64,000 nucleotides of DNA, from assembly GCA_964236265.1 (NCBI GenBank), contig CAXSDE010000001.1, positions 84,614 to 148,613 of the forward strand, written 5' to 3'. Below the pieces are notes generated by a model. The model did not search any database. It saw only the letters and a list, made by a program, of their open reading frames with translations, and had not been told where the DNA came from. Positions 1 to 10,076 of this stretch are shown piece after piece; positions within the stretch are counted from its first letter, which is position 1; each line of letters starts with the position of its first letter. This stretch comes from an uncultured bacterium. GTDB lineage: Bacteria > Actinomycetota > Actinomycetes > JAVEEB01. A program made the translations under genes and the position numbers.

Positions 1-71
1 TCGCCGGCATCCGGCAGGAGCAACTCGAGACGGCAGTCGCGGTCCCTCTTCTGCCGCCCGATGGTGCCGCG

Positions 72-1955
72 ATGGGAGCGCTGCTGCTCGGCTGGCGTTT
101 CACCCTCGAGCCGACATCCCCCCTGCTGGCCCTCGCGCGCACGCTCGCCGCGGCCGCCACGTCACTCCTCGTGCGTGAGCAAGCGGATGTCGCGTTGCGG
201 GCGAGTGAGACGCTGTGGAAGGTCACGCTCGACAACGCGCCCGTCGGAATCTGCCTCATGTCGCTCAACGGCGACTTCCGGCTCGTGAACGCCGCAATGA
301 CCCGCATCCTGGGCTATTCCGAGGAGGAGTTGCTCGGCCGTAACTTCCTTTCCATCACGCTGCCCTCGCACCAGCACGAGAAGACGGAGCTGCTGCGGCG
401 CCTCCTGGCGAAGGACTTCCCGTCCGCCACCGTGCAGACGCAGTGCATCCACGCCGACGGGCACAGTGTGTGGACGTCGGTGTCGGCGCAATTCGTGCCG
501 GATGAAAGCGGCCAGCCGGCGATGTTTTCCGTGCAACTGGAGGACATCACCGCCCAACACGAGCAGAACGAACAGCTCGTCCACCTGGCGACGCACGATT
601 CCCTGACAGGGTTGGCCAACCGGCGTTTGTTCCAGGAGCTGCTGAGTCAGCGCCTCACCGCCTCGTTGCCGACGGTCGTGGCGCTGATCGACGTACCGGA
701 TCTGCACGGTCTCGAGGACCGTAACGGGCATCTGCCCGCAGCTCACGTCGTACGCGAACTCGCGGCGCGGCTCGCCCGCGCCATCGCGGCGGACGACGGG
801 CCGAGCGCGGGCGACGGACCGAGCACTGGCGACGGGCCGAGCGCGGGCGACGGACCGAGCACTGACGACGGACCGAGCGCTGACGACGGACCGAGCACTG
901 ACTCGGACTGCGTCGCGCGGCTCGGCTCCGACGAGTTTGCGGTGATGCTCTCGTCGGCTGACCGCAGAGCCGACGAGGACGCGATGATAGAGCGACTGCT
1001 CGCCGTGTTCCGGCAACCGGTGACGGTCGACGGACGCACCCACTCGTTGTCCGTGCACATCGGCATCGCGGTGTCGCCCCACGACGGCGACACGGCGCAG
1101 GACCTCATGCATTCGGCGGACATCGCGCTGACCGAGGCGCGACGTGAGGGCCGCTCCGCGCGGCGGCATAGCGCGGAGCTGCGGTTGCGCGTGGTGCACC
1201 GCGAGCGGCTCACCGTCGACCTGCGCGAAGCTCTCGCGGCCGGCACCTTGCAGCTCGCCTTCCAGCCGATCATCGACGCAGCGACGGGGCGACTCAGTGC
1301 CGCGGAGGCCCTGGCGCGATGGACGCACGCGGAATACGGGCCCATTCCGCCGGACGTCTTCGTGCCACTGGCGGAGGAGACGGGCCTGATGCCGGCTCTG
1401 ACGAGCTGGGCCATCGACACGGCGTTGCGGGCCTGCGCCGCGTGGCAGGCGAGCAAGCCGCGCGTCGCGGTCGCGGTCAACCTGTCGGCGAGCGACCTGC
1501 AGAACCCGGGCATCGCGCAGTCGATCGCCGCCAGCCTCGACGCCTATTCGCTCGACCCGTCGCTCCTCGAGCTCGAACTGACCGAGACGACCCTGATGAC
1601 CGACCTCGGGGCCGCGCACGCGATGCTCGCGACGCTGTCGGACCTGGGGGTCGCGCTGGGGATCGACGATTTCGGCACCGGCTACAGCTCGCTCGCTTAC
1701 CTGCAGCGCCTGCCGATGATGACGCTGAAGATCGACCGATTGTTCGTGACGACCATGTTGTCCAACCCCGGCAATGCGGCCATCGTGACGATGGTCCTGC
1801 AGCTCGCCCACAGCCTGGGGATGGGCACCGTCGCGGAGGGCGTCGAGGACAGGGAGACGCGCGAACGGCTCACGGCCATGCACTGCGACCGCATCCAGGG
1901 ATATGTCATCGCCCGCCCGATGCCCGAGCCGGACTTTCTCGTCTGGTCGTGCTGA
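72..1955 (+). CDS. PAS-GGDEF-EAL signalling protein. The GGDEF motif is degenerate (GSDEF) and the EAL motif is present. The reading frame is open to the window start, so the N-terminus may lie upstream.
   Basis: 627-aa ORF. PAS-like N-terminal region. Cyclase block ...HDSLTGLANRR...RLGSDEFAV. EAL block AAEALARW...DDFGTGYSSL. No in-frame stop between nt 3 and 72. Confidence 0.85.
   Translation: MGALLLGWRFTLEPTSPLLALARTLAAAATSLLVREQADVALRASETLWKVTLDNAPVGICLMSLNGDFRLVNAAMTRILGYSEEELLGRNFLSITLPSHQHEKTELLRRLLAKDFPSATVQTQCIHADGHSVWTSVSAQFVPDESGQPAMFSVQLEDITAQHEQNEQLVHLATHDSLTGLANRRLFQELLSQRLTASLPTVVALIDVPDLHGLEDRNGHLPAAHVVRELAARLARAIAADDGPSAGDGPSTGDGPSAGDGPSTDDGPSADDGPSTDSDCVARLGSDEFAVMLSSADRRADEDAMIERLLAVFRQPVTVDGRTHSLSVHIGIAVSPHDGDTAQDLMHSADIALTEARREGRSARRHSAELRLRVVHRERLTVDLREALAAGTLQLAFQPIIDAATGRLSAAEALARWTHAEYGPIPPDVFVPLAEETGLMPALTSWAIDTALRACAAWQASKPRVAVAVNLSASDLQNPGIAQSIAASLDAYSLDPSLLELELTETTLMTDLGAAHAMLATLSDLGVALGIDDFGTGYSSLAYLQRLPMMTLKIDRLFVTTMLSNPGNAAIVTMVLQLAHSLGMGTVAEGVEDRETRERLTAMHCDRIQGYVIARPMPEPDFLVWSC
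793..903 (+). repeat. In-frame 15-bp tandem repeat (about 7 copies) encoding (G/D)DGPS(A/T) inside the GGDEF domain of the first signalling protein.
   Basis: gacgggccgagcgcgggc / gacggaccgagcactggc units seen directly. The protein reads DDGPSAGDGPSTGDGPSAGDGPSTDDGPSADDGPSTD. Confidence 0.8.
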
Positions 1956-2019
1956 TGCCCGCGAAGCCTGCCCGCGACCACAAGCCTGACAGCCTCGCTG
2001 GCAGCCAAGGAGACTCGCC

Positions 2020-3393
2020 GTGAGCGACGACATGAAGTTCCCGAAAGGATTCGTCTGGGGAGCGGCCACTGCGGCTTACCAGGTCGAAGGCGCCGTCGCC
2101 GCGGACGGCCGCGGGCAGAGCATCTGGGACACCTTCTGCCGCGTGCCAGGCGCCATCCGCAACGGGGACAGCGGCGAACGCGGTGCGGAGCAATACACCC
2201 GCTATCCGCAGGACATCGCGATGATGCGCGAGCTCAACCTCGGCGCCTACCGCTTCTCCGTCGCGTGGCCCCGCATCCAGCCTCTCGGGTCCGGCGCGGT
2301 CAACAAGGCCGGGCTCGACTACTACGACCGGGTCGTCGACGGGCTGCTCGAAGCCGAGCTGCAACCGTGGATCACCCTGTATCACTGGGATCTCCCGCAA
2401 CCGTTGGAGGACGCGGGCGGTTGGCCGGCGCGTGACACGGCCTATCGCTTCGCCGACTACGCCGGCATCGTGGGCGCGCATCTCGGCGACCGGGTCGCGG
2501 GCTGGACGACGCTCAACGAGCCGTGGTGCTCGTCCTTTCTCGGTTACTACCTCGGGGAGCATGCGCCCGGTCGCACAAACCTCGCGGACGGAGTCATCGC
2601 CGCGCACCACCTGCTGCTCGCCCACGGCCTCGGCGTGCAATCGCTGCGCGGCGCGGGTGTGAGCGCGCCGGTCGGCATCGTCCTCAACCCCGCCAGCGTC
2701 CTTCCGGCCGACGAGAGCCCGGAGGCGGCCGAGGCGGTGCGCCGGATGGAGCTCGGCAACAAGCTGTTCCTGGACCCGCTATACAAGGGTGCCTACGACG
2801 CTGACGTGCTCGCGGAGGCCGCACTCGTGACCGACCCCGCCGGCCACATCCGCGATGGCGACGGCGCGATCATCGCCACGCCGACCGACTATCTCGGCAT
2901 CAACTTCTACGGCCCCGAAAGAATGATGCTCGACCCGGCCGCCGACGAGGGTGTGCCGCAGTGGCCCGGCCGCCGCGGTGTCACGCACGCCACGTGGGAC
3001 GTGCACCGGACCGCGATGGGCTGGCCCGTCGACCCGGCCGGCCTCACGCACCTGCTCCACCGCATCCGCGACGAATACGGGCACTTTCCGTTCTACATCA
3101 CCGAAAACGGCGCCGCGTACGAGGACTCGGTCGCCGACGACGGGTATGTGCACGACGCCGACCGCACGGCCTACCTCGCGGGTCATCTCACCGCCGTCGC
3201 GGCGATGCTCGACGAGGGCCTCGACATCCGCGGCTATTTCGTGTGGTCGCTGCTCGACAATTTCGAGTGGTCGTTCGGTTATGACCGCCGGTTCGGAATC
3301 GTGTGGGTCGACTACGACACGTACGAGCGCACGATCAAGGACAGTGGACTCTGGTACGGGGAGGTCGCCCGCAGGAACACCGTGCGTGCATAG
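2020..3393 (+). CDS. Glycoside hydrolase family 1 beta-glucosidase.
   Basis: 457 aa. N-terminal FPKGFVWGAATAAYQVEGA, the TLNEPW acid/base motif and the ITENGAAY nucleophile motif. GTG start 60 bp after the upstream gene. Confidence 0.92.
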   Translation: MSDDMKFPKGFVWGAATAAYQVEGAVAADGRGQSIWDTFCRVPGAIRNGDSGERGAEQYTRYPQDIAMMRELNLGAYRFSVAWPRIQPLGSGAVNKAGLDYYDRVVDGLLEAELQPWITLYHWDLPQPLEDAGGWPARDTAYRFADYAGIVGAHLGDRVAGWTTLNEPWCSSFLGYYLGEHAPGRTNLADGVIAAHHLLLAHGLGVQSLRGAGVSAPVGIVLNPASVLPADESPEAAEAVRRMELGNKLFLDPLYKGAYDADVLAEAALVTDPAGHIRDGDGAIIATPTDYLGINFYGPERMMLDPAADEGVPQWPGRRGVTHATWDVHRTAMGWPVDPAGLTHLLHRIRDEYGHFPFYITENGAAYEDSVADDGYVHDADRTAYLAGHLTAVAAMLDEGLDIRGYFVWSLLDNFEWSFGYDRRFGIVWVDYDTYERTIKDSGLWYGEVARRNTVRA

Positions 3394-3502
3394 TGCTGTG
3401 CGCGCTCACCCGCTGGTCGTCGACCGGCGGGTGAGCGCGTTGCTGACGTGCAGCCGCTCGAGGGTGCCGCCCCCGGCGCCGCACAATGTCAGCGCGGTCA
3501 CC

Positions 3503-4126
3503 TCACGCGTCCTCACCTGCGGCGAGGATGAGGTAGAGCGCGCGACGCGCGTCGCGGAGAGCGACGACGGCCGCTTCCTGCTGCGCGAGAGTGCCGGTCG
3601 TGCCCACCTGCCGGGCCGCGCCGTGCAGCTCGTGCATGGCGCCACGCAGGTCGGGACCACCCCGGGAGGCGTCCACGTTGGCGAACGGATCCGCCCACGT
3701 GCCGCGACGTTCCTCGATGTGTGACTGCCCGTCGGCCGTCAGGGTGACGAGTTTGCGGCCGCCCTCGGCCAGCGTCGTGACGAGCCCCTCGTCCTCGAGC
3801 TGGGCGATCGTCGGATAGATCGCGCCCGGGCTCGGGCGCCAGGCACCGCCGGTGCGCTCCGCCATCGCCTGCATGATCTGGTAGCCGTGCATCGGCTGCT
3901 CGGCAAGGAGCAGCAGTGTCGCGGTGCGCACGTCGCCGCGCCGGACGCGGAAGCGCCCGCCGCCGCGGCGCCCGCCACCACCGCGCGGTTGGTCGGCGGG
4001 GCCGGGCCCGTGCTGGCCGTGGCGGTGGTCGCCGCCCGCGTGGAGCGGTCCCCTGCCTCGGCCTTCGTCGGTCGGACCGCCGCCGTGTCGGCGGCGAGCC
4101 TCGGAATGACTCTGTTGGTGTCTCAT
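3503..4126 (-). CDS. PadR-family transcriptional regulator. Start uncertain. The N-terminal 70 aa are low complexity, so the true start may be internal.
   Basis: LLLLAEQPMHGYQIMQAMAERTGGAWRPSPGAIYPTIAQLEDEGLV is a PadR winged-HTH signature. ATG at 4126. Confidence 0.7.
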   Translation of the reverse strand: MRHQQSHSEARRRHGGGPTDEGRGRGPLHAGGDHRHGQHGPGPADQPRGGGGRRGGGRFRVRRGDVRTATLLLLAEQPMHGYQIMQAMAERTGGAWRPSPGAIYPTIAQLEDEGLVTTLAEGGRKLVTLTADGQSHIEERRGTWADPFANVDASRGGPDLRGAMHELHGAARQVGTTGTLAQQEAAVVALRDARRALYLILAAGEDA

Positions 4127-4150
4127 TGTCTTGCCCTTCTGTAGATGCAG

Positions 4151-4166
4151 TCACGATATGTCGTGA
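4151..4166. promoter_or_regulatory. 16-bp imperfect palindrome tcacgaTATGtcgtga, 25 bp upstream of the PadR start. Candidate PadR operator in a divergent promoter region.
   Basis: Perfect 6-bp inverted arms tcacga/tcgtga separated by 4 bp. Lies in a locally AT-richer patch between divergent genes. Confidence 0.35.
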
Positions 4167-4378
4167 TCTATTGCGAGTCAACCGACCGTCGCGGCGATGT
4201 ATTCCGGGAGCCGCCGCCAACCTCGGCGGCGCGCGTGCCGGCTGCCGCACGACGCCCGTAGGATCGCCCGCGAGACCCCCGGCACAAGGCAGGTCGTCAT
4301 GCGATTGCAGTCCTCGGCACCGGCCCGGTCGGGCATGCCCTTGCCGAGAGACTCCTCGAGATCGGTCCCGACGGGTGG

Positions 4379-5029
4379 ATGCCAGTCGCAGCCGCGGATA
4401 GCGCTCGGCACCAACGTGTCCAACGTCGCGGTCGTCCACTGAGGCGGGCCCGCCGGGTGCTCGGAGCCGGCATCGGCCTGCTCCTGCTGACGGCAGCGCC
4501 CGCACACGGGGACGCCGTCGGGCCGATCGCCACCCTGACCGCGGGGCCCTACCTCGTCCAGCCCTACGACGCCGCGCGCGGCGAGACCGGCGACACGCAA
4601 CGGTTCCCGCTCACCGTCTACGACGCGCCCAACCATAAGGCAGGCGCCGACGTCTCGGTGAGCATCACCGCGCTCGACGTGTCCGGCACGCGCAAGATCG
4701 GCCCCATCACGGCGCTGCCGAGCCTCAACGGGTTCCAGGTCGACCTGCCGCCCGCCCCGCCGGGTGGCTGGGCCGTCACGGCCACCGTCACCGGGCGCCT
4801 CGGCAACGGGCAGGCGAGCTACCTCGTGCACGGCGTCCAGCAGGCCAGCGCCACGCGCGGCTCGTCGTTGCTGCTCAAGGGGATCGTCGGCACCTTCGGG
4901 CTGGCGATCCTGGCGACGCTGATCGTCGTCTCGATCCGCGGCCGCCGCCGGCTCGAGGAGGACCAGGAGCTCGAGGCGATGCGCGACGGCCGGCCGCCGC
5001 CGGAGGGCCCCCTCCCCCATTCGCTGTGA
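4379..5029 (+). CDS. Hypothetical secreted or membrane-anchored protein (signal peptide plus C-terminal TM helix). Start probably internal, GTG near 4457.
   Basis: N-terminal RRVLGAGIGLLLLTAAPAHG is signal-like. C-terminal GIVGTFGLAILATLIVVSI is a TM helix followed by a charged tail. Divergent from PadR. Confidence 0.45.
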   Translation: MPVAAADSARHQRVQRRGRPLRRARRVLGAGIGLLLLTAAPAHGDAVGPIATLTAGPYLVQPYDAARGETGDTQRFPLTVYDAPNHKAGADVSVSITALDVSGTRKIGPITALPSLNGFQVDLPPAPPGGWAVTATVTGRLGNGQASYLVHGVQQASATRGSSLLLKGIVGTFGLAILATLIVVSIRGRRRLEEDQELEAMRDGRPPPEGPLPHSL

Positions 5030-5048
5030 CCAGGCGCGCGAAGGCGCG

Positions 5049-5540
5049 TCAGGATCGCGCGAGGTGGGCCCGGGCGGCGGCAGCAACCCGGCCGCCGTCG
5101 GCCCGCCCGGCGACTTTCGGTGTCAGCACCTTCATCACGAGCCCCAGCTGGCCAGGGGCCGTGGCGCCTGACTCGGCGACCGCGGCGTCGACGAGCGCGG
5201 CAAGGTCCTCCTCCGACAGCTCGGCCGGCAGGTAGGCCGCGAGCACCTCGCGTTCGGCCAGCTCGCGCGCGGAGCTGTCGGCGCGGCCGCCGTTGGCGAA
5301 CGCCTCCGCCGCCTCCGTGCGCTTTTTCACCTCGCGACGCAGCACGACCACGACATCATGCTCGCTCAACGTGCGGGCCTGCTTGCCGGCGACTTCCTCA
5401 TTGGTGAGCGCGGTGAGTGCCATCCGCAAGGCGGCCGTGCGCACCTCATCGCGCGCTTTCATCGCTGTCGTGAGGTCGTCGTGGAGGCGTTGCTTCAGGC
5501 CGGCAGACACGCGGAACTCCTTGCTGGCCACCGGCGCCAC
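5049..5540 (-). CDS. GatB/YqeY domain protein.
   Basis: LKQRLHDDLTTAMKARDEVRTAALRMALTAL...LSEHDVVVVLRREVKKRTEAAEAF matches the YqeY family pattern. Confidence 0.75.
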   Translation of the reverse strand: MAPVASKEFRVSAGLKQRLHDDLTTAMKARDEVRTAALRMALTALTNEEVAGKQARTLSEHDVVVVLRREVKKRTEAAEAFANGGRADSSARELAEREVLAAYLPAELSEEDLAALVDAAVAESGATAPGQLGLVMKVLTPKVAGRADGGRVAAAARAHLARS

Positions 5541-5585
5541 GGCGCACGGCGTGCCCTCACGGTGCCGCGGAGTGCCGCACCGGGT

Positions 5586-5789
5586 CTAGTCTGCCTCGCG
5601 CTGCTCGGGGATGCCCTCCAGAAGCTGGCGGACCTCGTCGGCGCGGTAGCGGCGGTGGCCACCGAGCGTGCGGATCGAGGTGAGCTTGCCGGCCGTGGAC
5701 CAACGCGTGACCGTCTTCGGGTCGACACGGAACATCCCCGCCACCTCCGCGGGGGTCAGCAACGGCTCCGTGTCGGTGCGAATGCTCAT
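5586..5789 (-). CDS. bldC: BldC-like small MerR-family DNA-binding protein (67 aa).
   Basis: MSIRTDTEPLLTPAEVAGMFRVDPKTVTRWSTAGKLTSIRTLGGHRRYRADEVRQLLEGI closely resembles Streptomyces BldC. ATG at 5789, preceded by GGAGGAAG. Confidence 0.8.
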   Translation of the reverse strand: MSIRTDTEPLLTPAEVAGMFRVDPKTVTRWSTAGKLTSIRTLGGHRRYRADEVRQLLEGIPEQREAD

Positions 5790-5914
5790 GCTTCCTCCGG
5801 GGCCTCGGCCGGGTCCCCGGCGTAGGACAATCGTGCCGGATGTCCCCGATGTCCGATATGGCCTACCTGGGCCATCTTTGGCGCAAGGACTCCCGGCCAG
5901 GCGCAGAGCGGCCC

Positions 5915-6772
5915 TCAGTTGGCGTGCTCGAGCCCTTGGACCCGGCGCCACCAGTTGACGACCGTCGAAAAGACGCTCATCGCCGTATCGACCTCTCCGT
6001 CCGCGAGCAGGGCGGCGGAGGAGCTCAGCAGCTCGGCCGACCTGTCGTCCTTCATGGAGTCGTCGCTCAGCAACGCCACCAGACCACCGTAATCGAGCTC
6101 GACCCACGAGTGCGGATGGAACTCCTCGAGCCAGCGACCGACGTCCTCCAACTCGGCGGTGGCCTCGCCCGCGCCGAAGGTACGTCGTACAACGGCAAGA
6201 GTTTTTGCTGTACGACGACGGGCGGGGGACATGCGCGTCCGGTAGACGCACCGCCGCTGCCCGGCGCCGGCCGGATCCCCCAGATACATCTCCCGCTCGT
6301 CCTGCTCGAACGGCGTGAACCACGACGGCGGCACGTGCCAGGTCGACGTGCGGATGTGGACCCGGGGCTGGGGCTCGTCGACGTACCACTTCTCGAGGTT
6401 CTCGGCGGCGCGCTCCGCGGCCGGACGCGGCACGAAGGAGTCGGCGACGGGGTCGGGCAGCCCGGCCCGGAACTCCCCGAGCGCCTGCCATGACCGCACG
6501 TCGAGCTGAGCCGGGCAGATGAACGGCTCGCCGGCCCGGTGGAGCACGTAGGCATCGACGGGGGCGTTCGACACGACGGGCGGCGCGGCGAGCAACGTCG
6601 TGCGGCTCAGCTCGTGCTCGGCCGCCAGGGCGGCGGCCCGGTCCGGCGCGTCCTGGGCGTAGTCGGCCCACGTCCTGCGCACCGGCTCCGGGAACGCCGC
6701 AAGGGGCTCGTAGACACGTAGGTAGGCCGCGTACGGGGTCACGTCTTCATGGTCGCACGACCGTGCGTGCAC
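5915..6772 (-). CDS. Conserved hypothetical protein. Start uncertain (alternative GTG at VTPYAAYL).
   Basis: 285-aa ORF with non-repetitive composition, co-oriented downstream of bldC. No domain recognised. Confidence 0.5.
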   Translation of the reverse strand: MHARSCDHEDVTPYAAYLRVYEPLAAFPEPVRRTWADYAQDAPDRAAALAAEHELSRTTLLAAPPVVSNAPVDAYVLHRAGEPFICPAQLDVRSWQALGEFRAGLPDPVADSFVPRPAAERAAENLEKWYVDEPQPRVHIRTSTWHVPPSWFTPFEQDEREMYLGDPAGAGQRRCVYRTRMSPARRRTAKTLAVVRRTFGAGEATAELEDVGRWLEEFHPHSWVELDYGGLVALLSDDSMKDDRSAELLSSSAALLADGEVDTAMSVFSTVVNWWRRVQGLEHAN

Positions 6773-6882
6773 GCGGGCCGAGGAAACCCGGTAACGTGGA
6801 TCCCAGCGGCGGCAGGTCCGTCGCTATTCTTGTGACCTGCGACGGTCGGGGCCGGTATGCCTCGTTTCAAGGGGGTCTGACC

Positions 6883-7092
6883 ATGGGGCGCGGCCGAGCC
6901 AAGGCCAAGCAGACGAAGGTCGCCCGGGAGCTCAAATACAGCTCCGGTGGCACCGACCTCGAGCGTCTGCGCGCTGAGTTGACCGTGCCCGGCTCCGTGC
7001 CGGGCCTCGGTCCGGCCGACGACATCCTGGACGACGAGGACGACGAGGACGACGACGAGGACGACGACGAGGACGAGGACGAGGACGAGTAG
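6883..7092 (+). CDS. DUF3073-like small protein with a poly-acidic tail.
   Basis: MGRGRAKAKQTKVARELKYSSGGTDLERLRAEL... followed by a (D/E)n tail encoded by a gacgag/gaggac repeat at 7021-7089. Confidence 0.65.
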   Translation: MGRGRAKAKQTKVARELKYSSGGTDLERLRAELTVPGSVPGLGPADDILDDEDDEDDDEDDDEDEDEDE

Positions 7093-7187
7093 GGCTGCCA
7101 GTCCTCGTTCGGCGGCTTCCTGGTCCCTTCGGCTGGCCGAGGGGACTAGGGACGCAGAGGGCCCTCCTGCCTCTGGTGCGGCGTGTA

Positions 7188-8266
7188 TCAGGTGCCGGCT
7201 GCGTATTCGCCCGTCAGCGCTGTCGTGCCGGTGCCGGCGACGATGCGACCGGCGACCCACGCGGGGATCTTGCGGCGCATGAGCACCGCGAGGGCACGCT
7301 CCGCATCCGCCTCCGACACGACGGCGACCATGCCGACGCCCATGTTGAACGTGCGCTCCATCTCCGCCTGCTCGACGCGGCCCCGGGCGGCGATCAGCCG
7401 GAAGATCGCGGGGAGCACCCACGTCGACCGATTCACGGTGGCGTCGAGGTGGTCCGGCAGCACGCGCGCGAGGTTGGCCGCGAGGCCGCCGCCGGTGATG
7501 TGCGAGAACGCGTGGACCTCTGAGTCGGCGATGAGCGCGAGGCAGTCTCGGGCGTAGATCCGCGTCGGGATGAGCAGCTCATCGCCGAGCGAGCGGCCAT
7601 CGAGGTCCTCGAGCTCCGCCGACAGCGGCAGCCTCGCCATCGTGAGCAGCACGTGCCGGGCCAGGGAGTAGCCGTTGGAGTGCAGGCCGGTCGACGCCAT
7701 GCAGATGACGACGTCGCCCTCGGTGACGCGGTGCGGCCCCAGGACCTTGTCAGCGTCGACGATGCCCACGCCGCAGCCGGCGACATCGTATTCGTCCGGC
7801 TCCATCACGCCCGGGTGCTCGGCCGTCTCGCCGCCGACGAGCGCACAGCCGGCGATCCGGCAACCCTCGGCGATGCCACCGACGATCTCCGCCATCCGCT
7901 CGGGGACCACGCGGCCGCAAGAAATGTAGTCCTGCATGAACAACGGCTCGGCACCGCACACGACGAGGTCGTCGACCACCATGCCGACGAGGTCCTGGCC
8001 GATGGTGCCGTGGCGGTCGAGCGCCTGCGCGATGAGCAGCTTCGTGCCGACGCCGTCGGTCGACGAGGCCAGCAACGGCTTGGTGTATTTGGTGAAGTCG
8101 ACCGCGAACAGACCGGCGAAACCGCCGAGCTCACCGACGACCTCGGGGCGCGTGGCCTTCTTGACCTTCGCCTTAATGAGCTCGACCGCGCGCTCGCCCG
8201 CCTCGATGTCGACGCCGGCGGCGGCATACGTCGCGCCCTGACCGGGGGGTGTCGTGAGAGGCGACG

Positions 8267-8270
<4 letters not shown>
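7188..8270 (-). CDS. purM: Phosphoribosylformylglycinamidine cyclo-ligase (AIR synthetase).
   Basis: 360 aa. ...GVDIEAGERAVELIKAKV...GGFAGLF...STDGVGTKL... ATG overlaps the purF stop (ATGA). Confidence 0.95.
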
Positions 8271-9796
<1,526 letters not shown>

Positions 9797-9929
9797 AGGC
9801 TCGGACTCCTGGGTCTTCAGGGGTGGACGCACTCGGCGAACAACGATCGGCCGGAGAGCCACGGCCGACTCTACCGGGCGGCGACGGAGAAAGGCATCCG
9901 ACAGCGACGAACCGCGCCCGCGCCCGGCA

Positions 9930-10030
9930 GGGGAACGCCGTTCTGGCCGGGGAACGCCGTTCTGGCCGGGGAACGCCGTTCTGGCCGGGAGTCCGCCGTT
10001 CGGGGCCGGGACGCCGCGGGGCTCGGTACG
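9930..10030. repeat. Tandem direct repeats: 3 perfect and 2 degenerate copies of a 19-21 bp unit, in the divergent purF / S8-protease intergenic region.
   Basis: Perfect copies are ggaacgccgttctggccgg. They are followed by gagtccgccgttcggggccgg and gacgccgcggggctcgg. Confidence 0.8.
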
Positions 10031-10076
10031 CTGTCGTCCTGCGTGCGTGCCGGCGCGCCAAGTGCTGGGAGCCCGC

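Noticed and set aside
162-2069. 635-aa minus-strand ORF antisense to the PAS-GGDEF-EAL gene. Several similar long antisense ORFs exist elsewhere (3513-4505, 14891-17245, 17346-19550, 35225-38410, 41515-44991, 46452-48074 and others).
   Set aside because: Their composition is Arg/Gly/Ala/Pro-rich and low complexity, as expected for antisense frames in 70%-GC DNA. The opposite strand in each case encodes a protein with clear conserved domains.
4178-5086. 302-aa minus-strand ORF overlapping the secreted/membrane protein gene.
   Set aside because: It is Arg/Asp/Pro-rich nonsense sequence. The plus-strand frame has a signal peptide, a non-repetitive core and a TM anchor.
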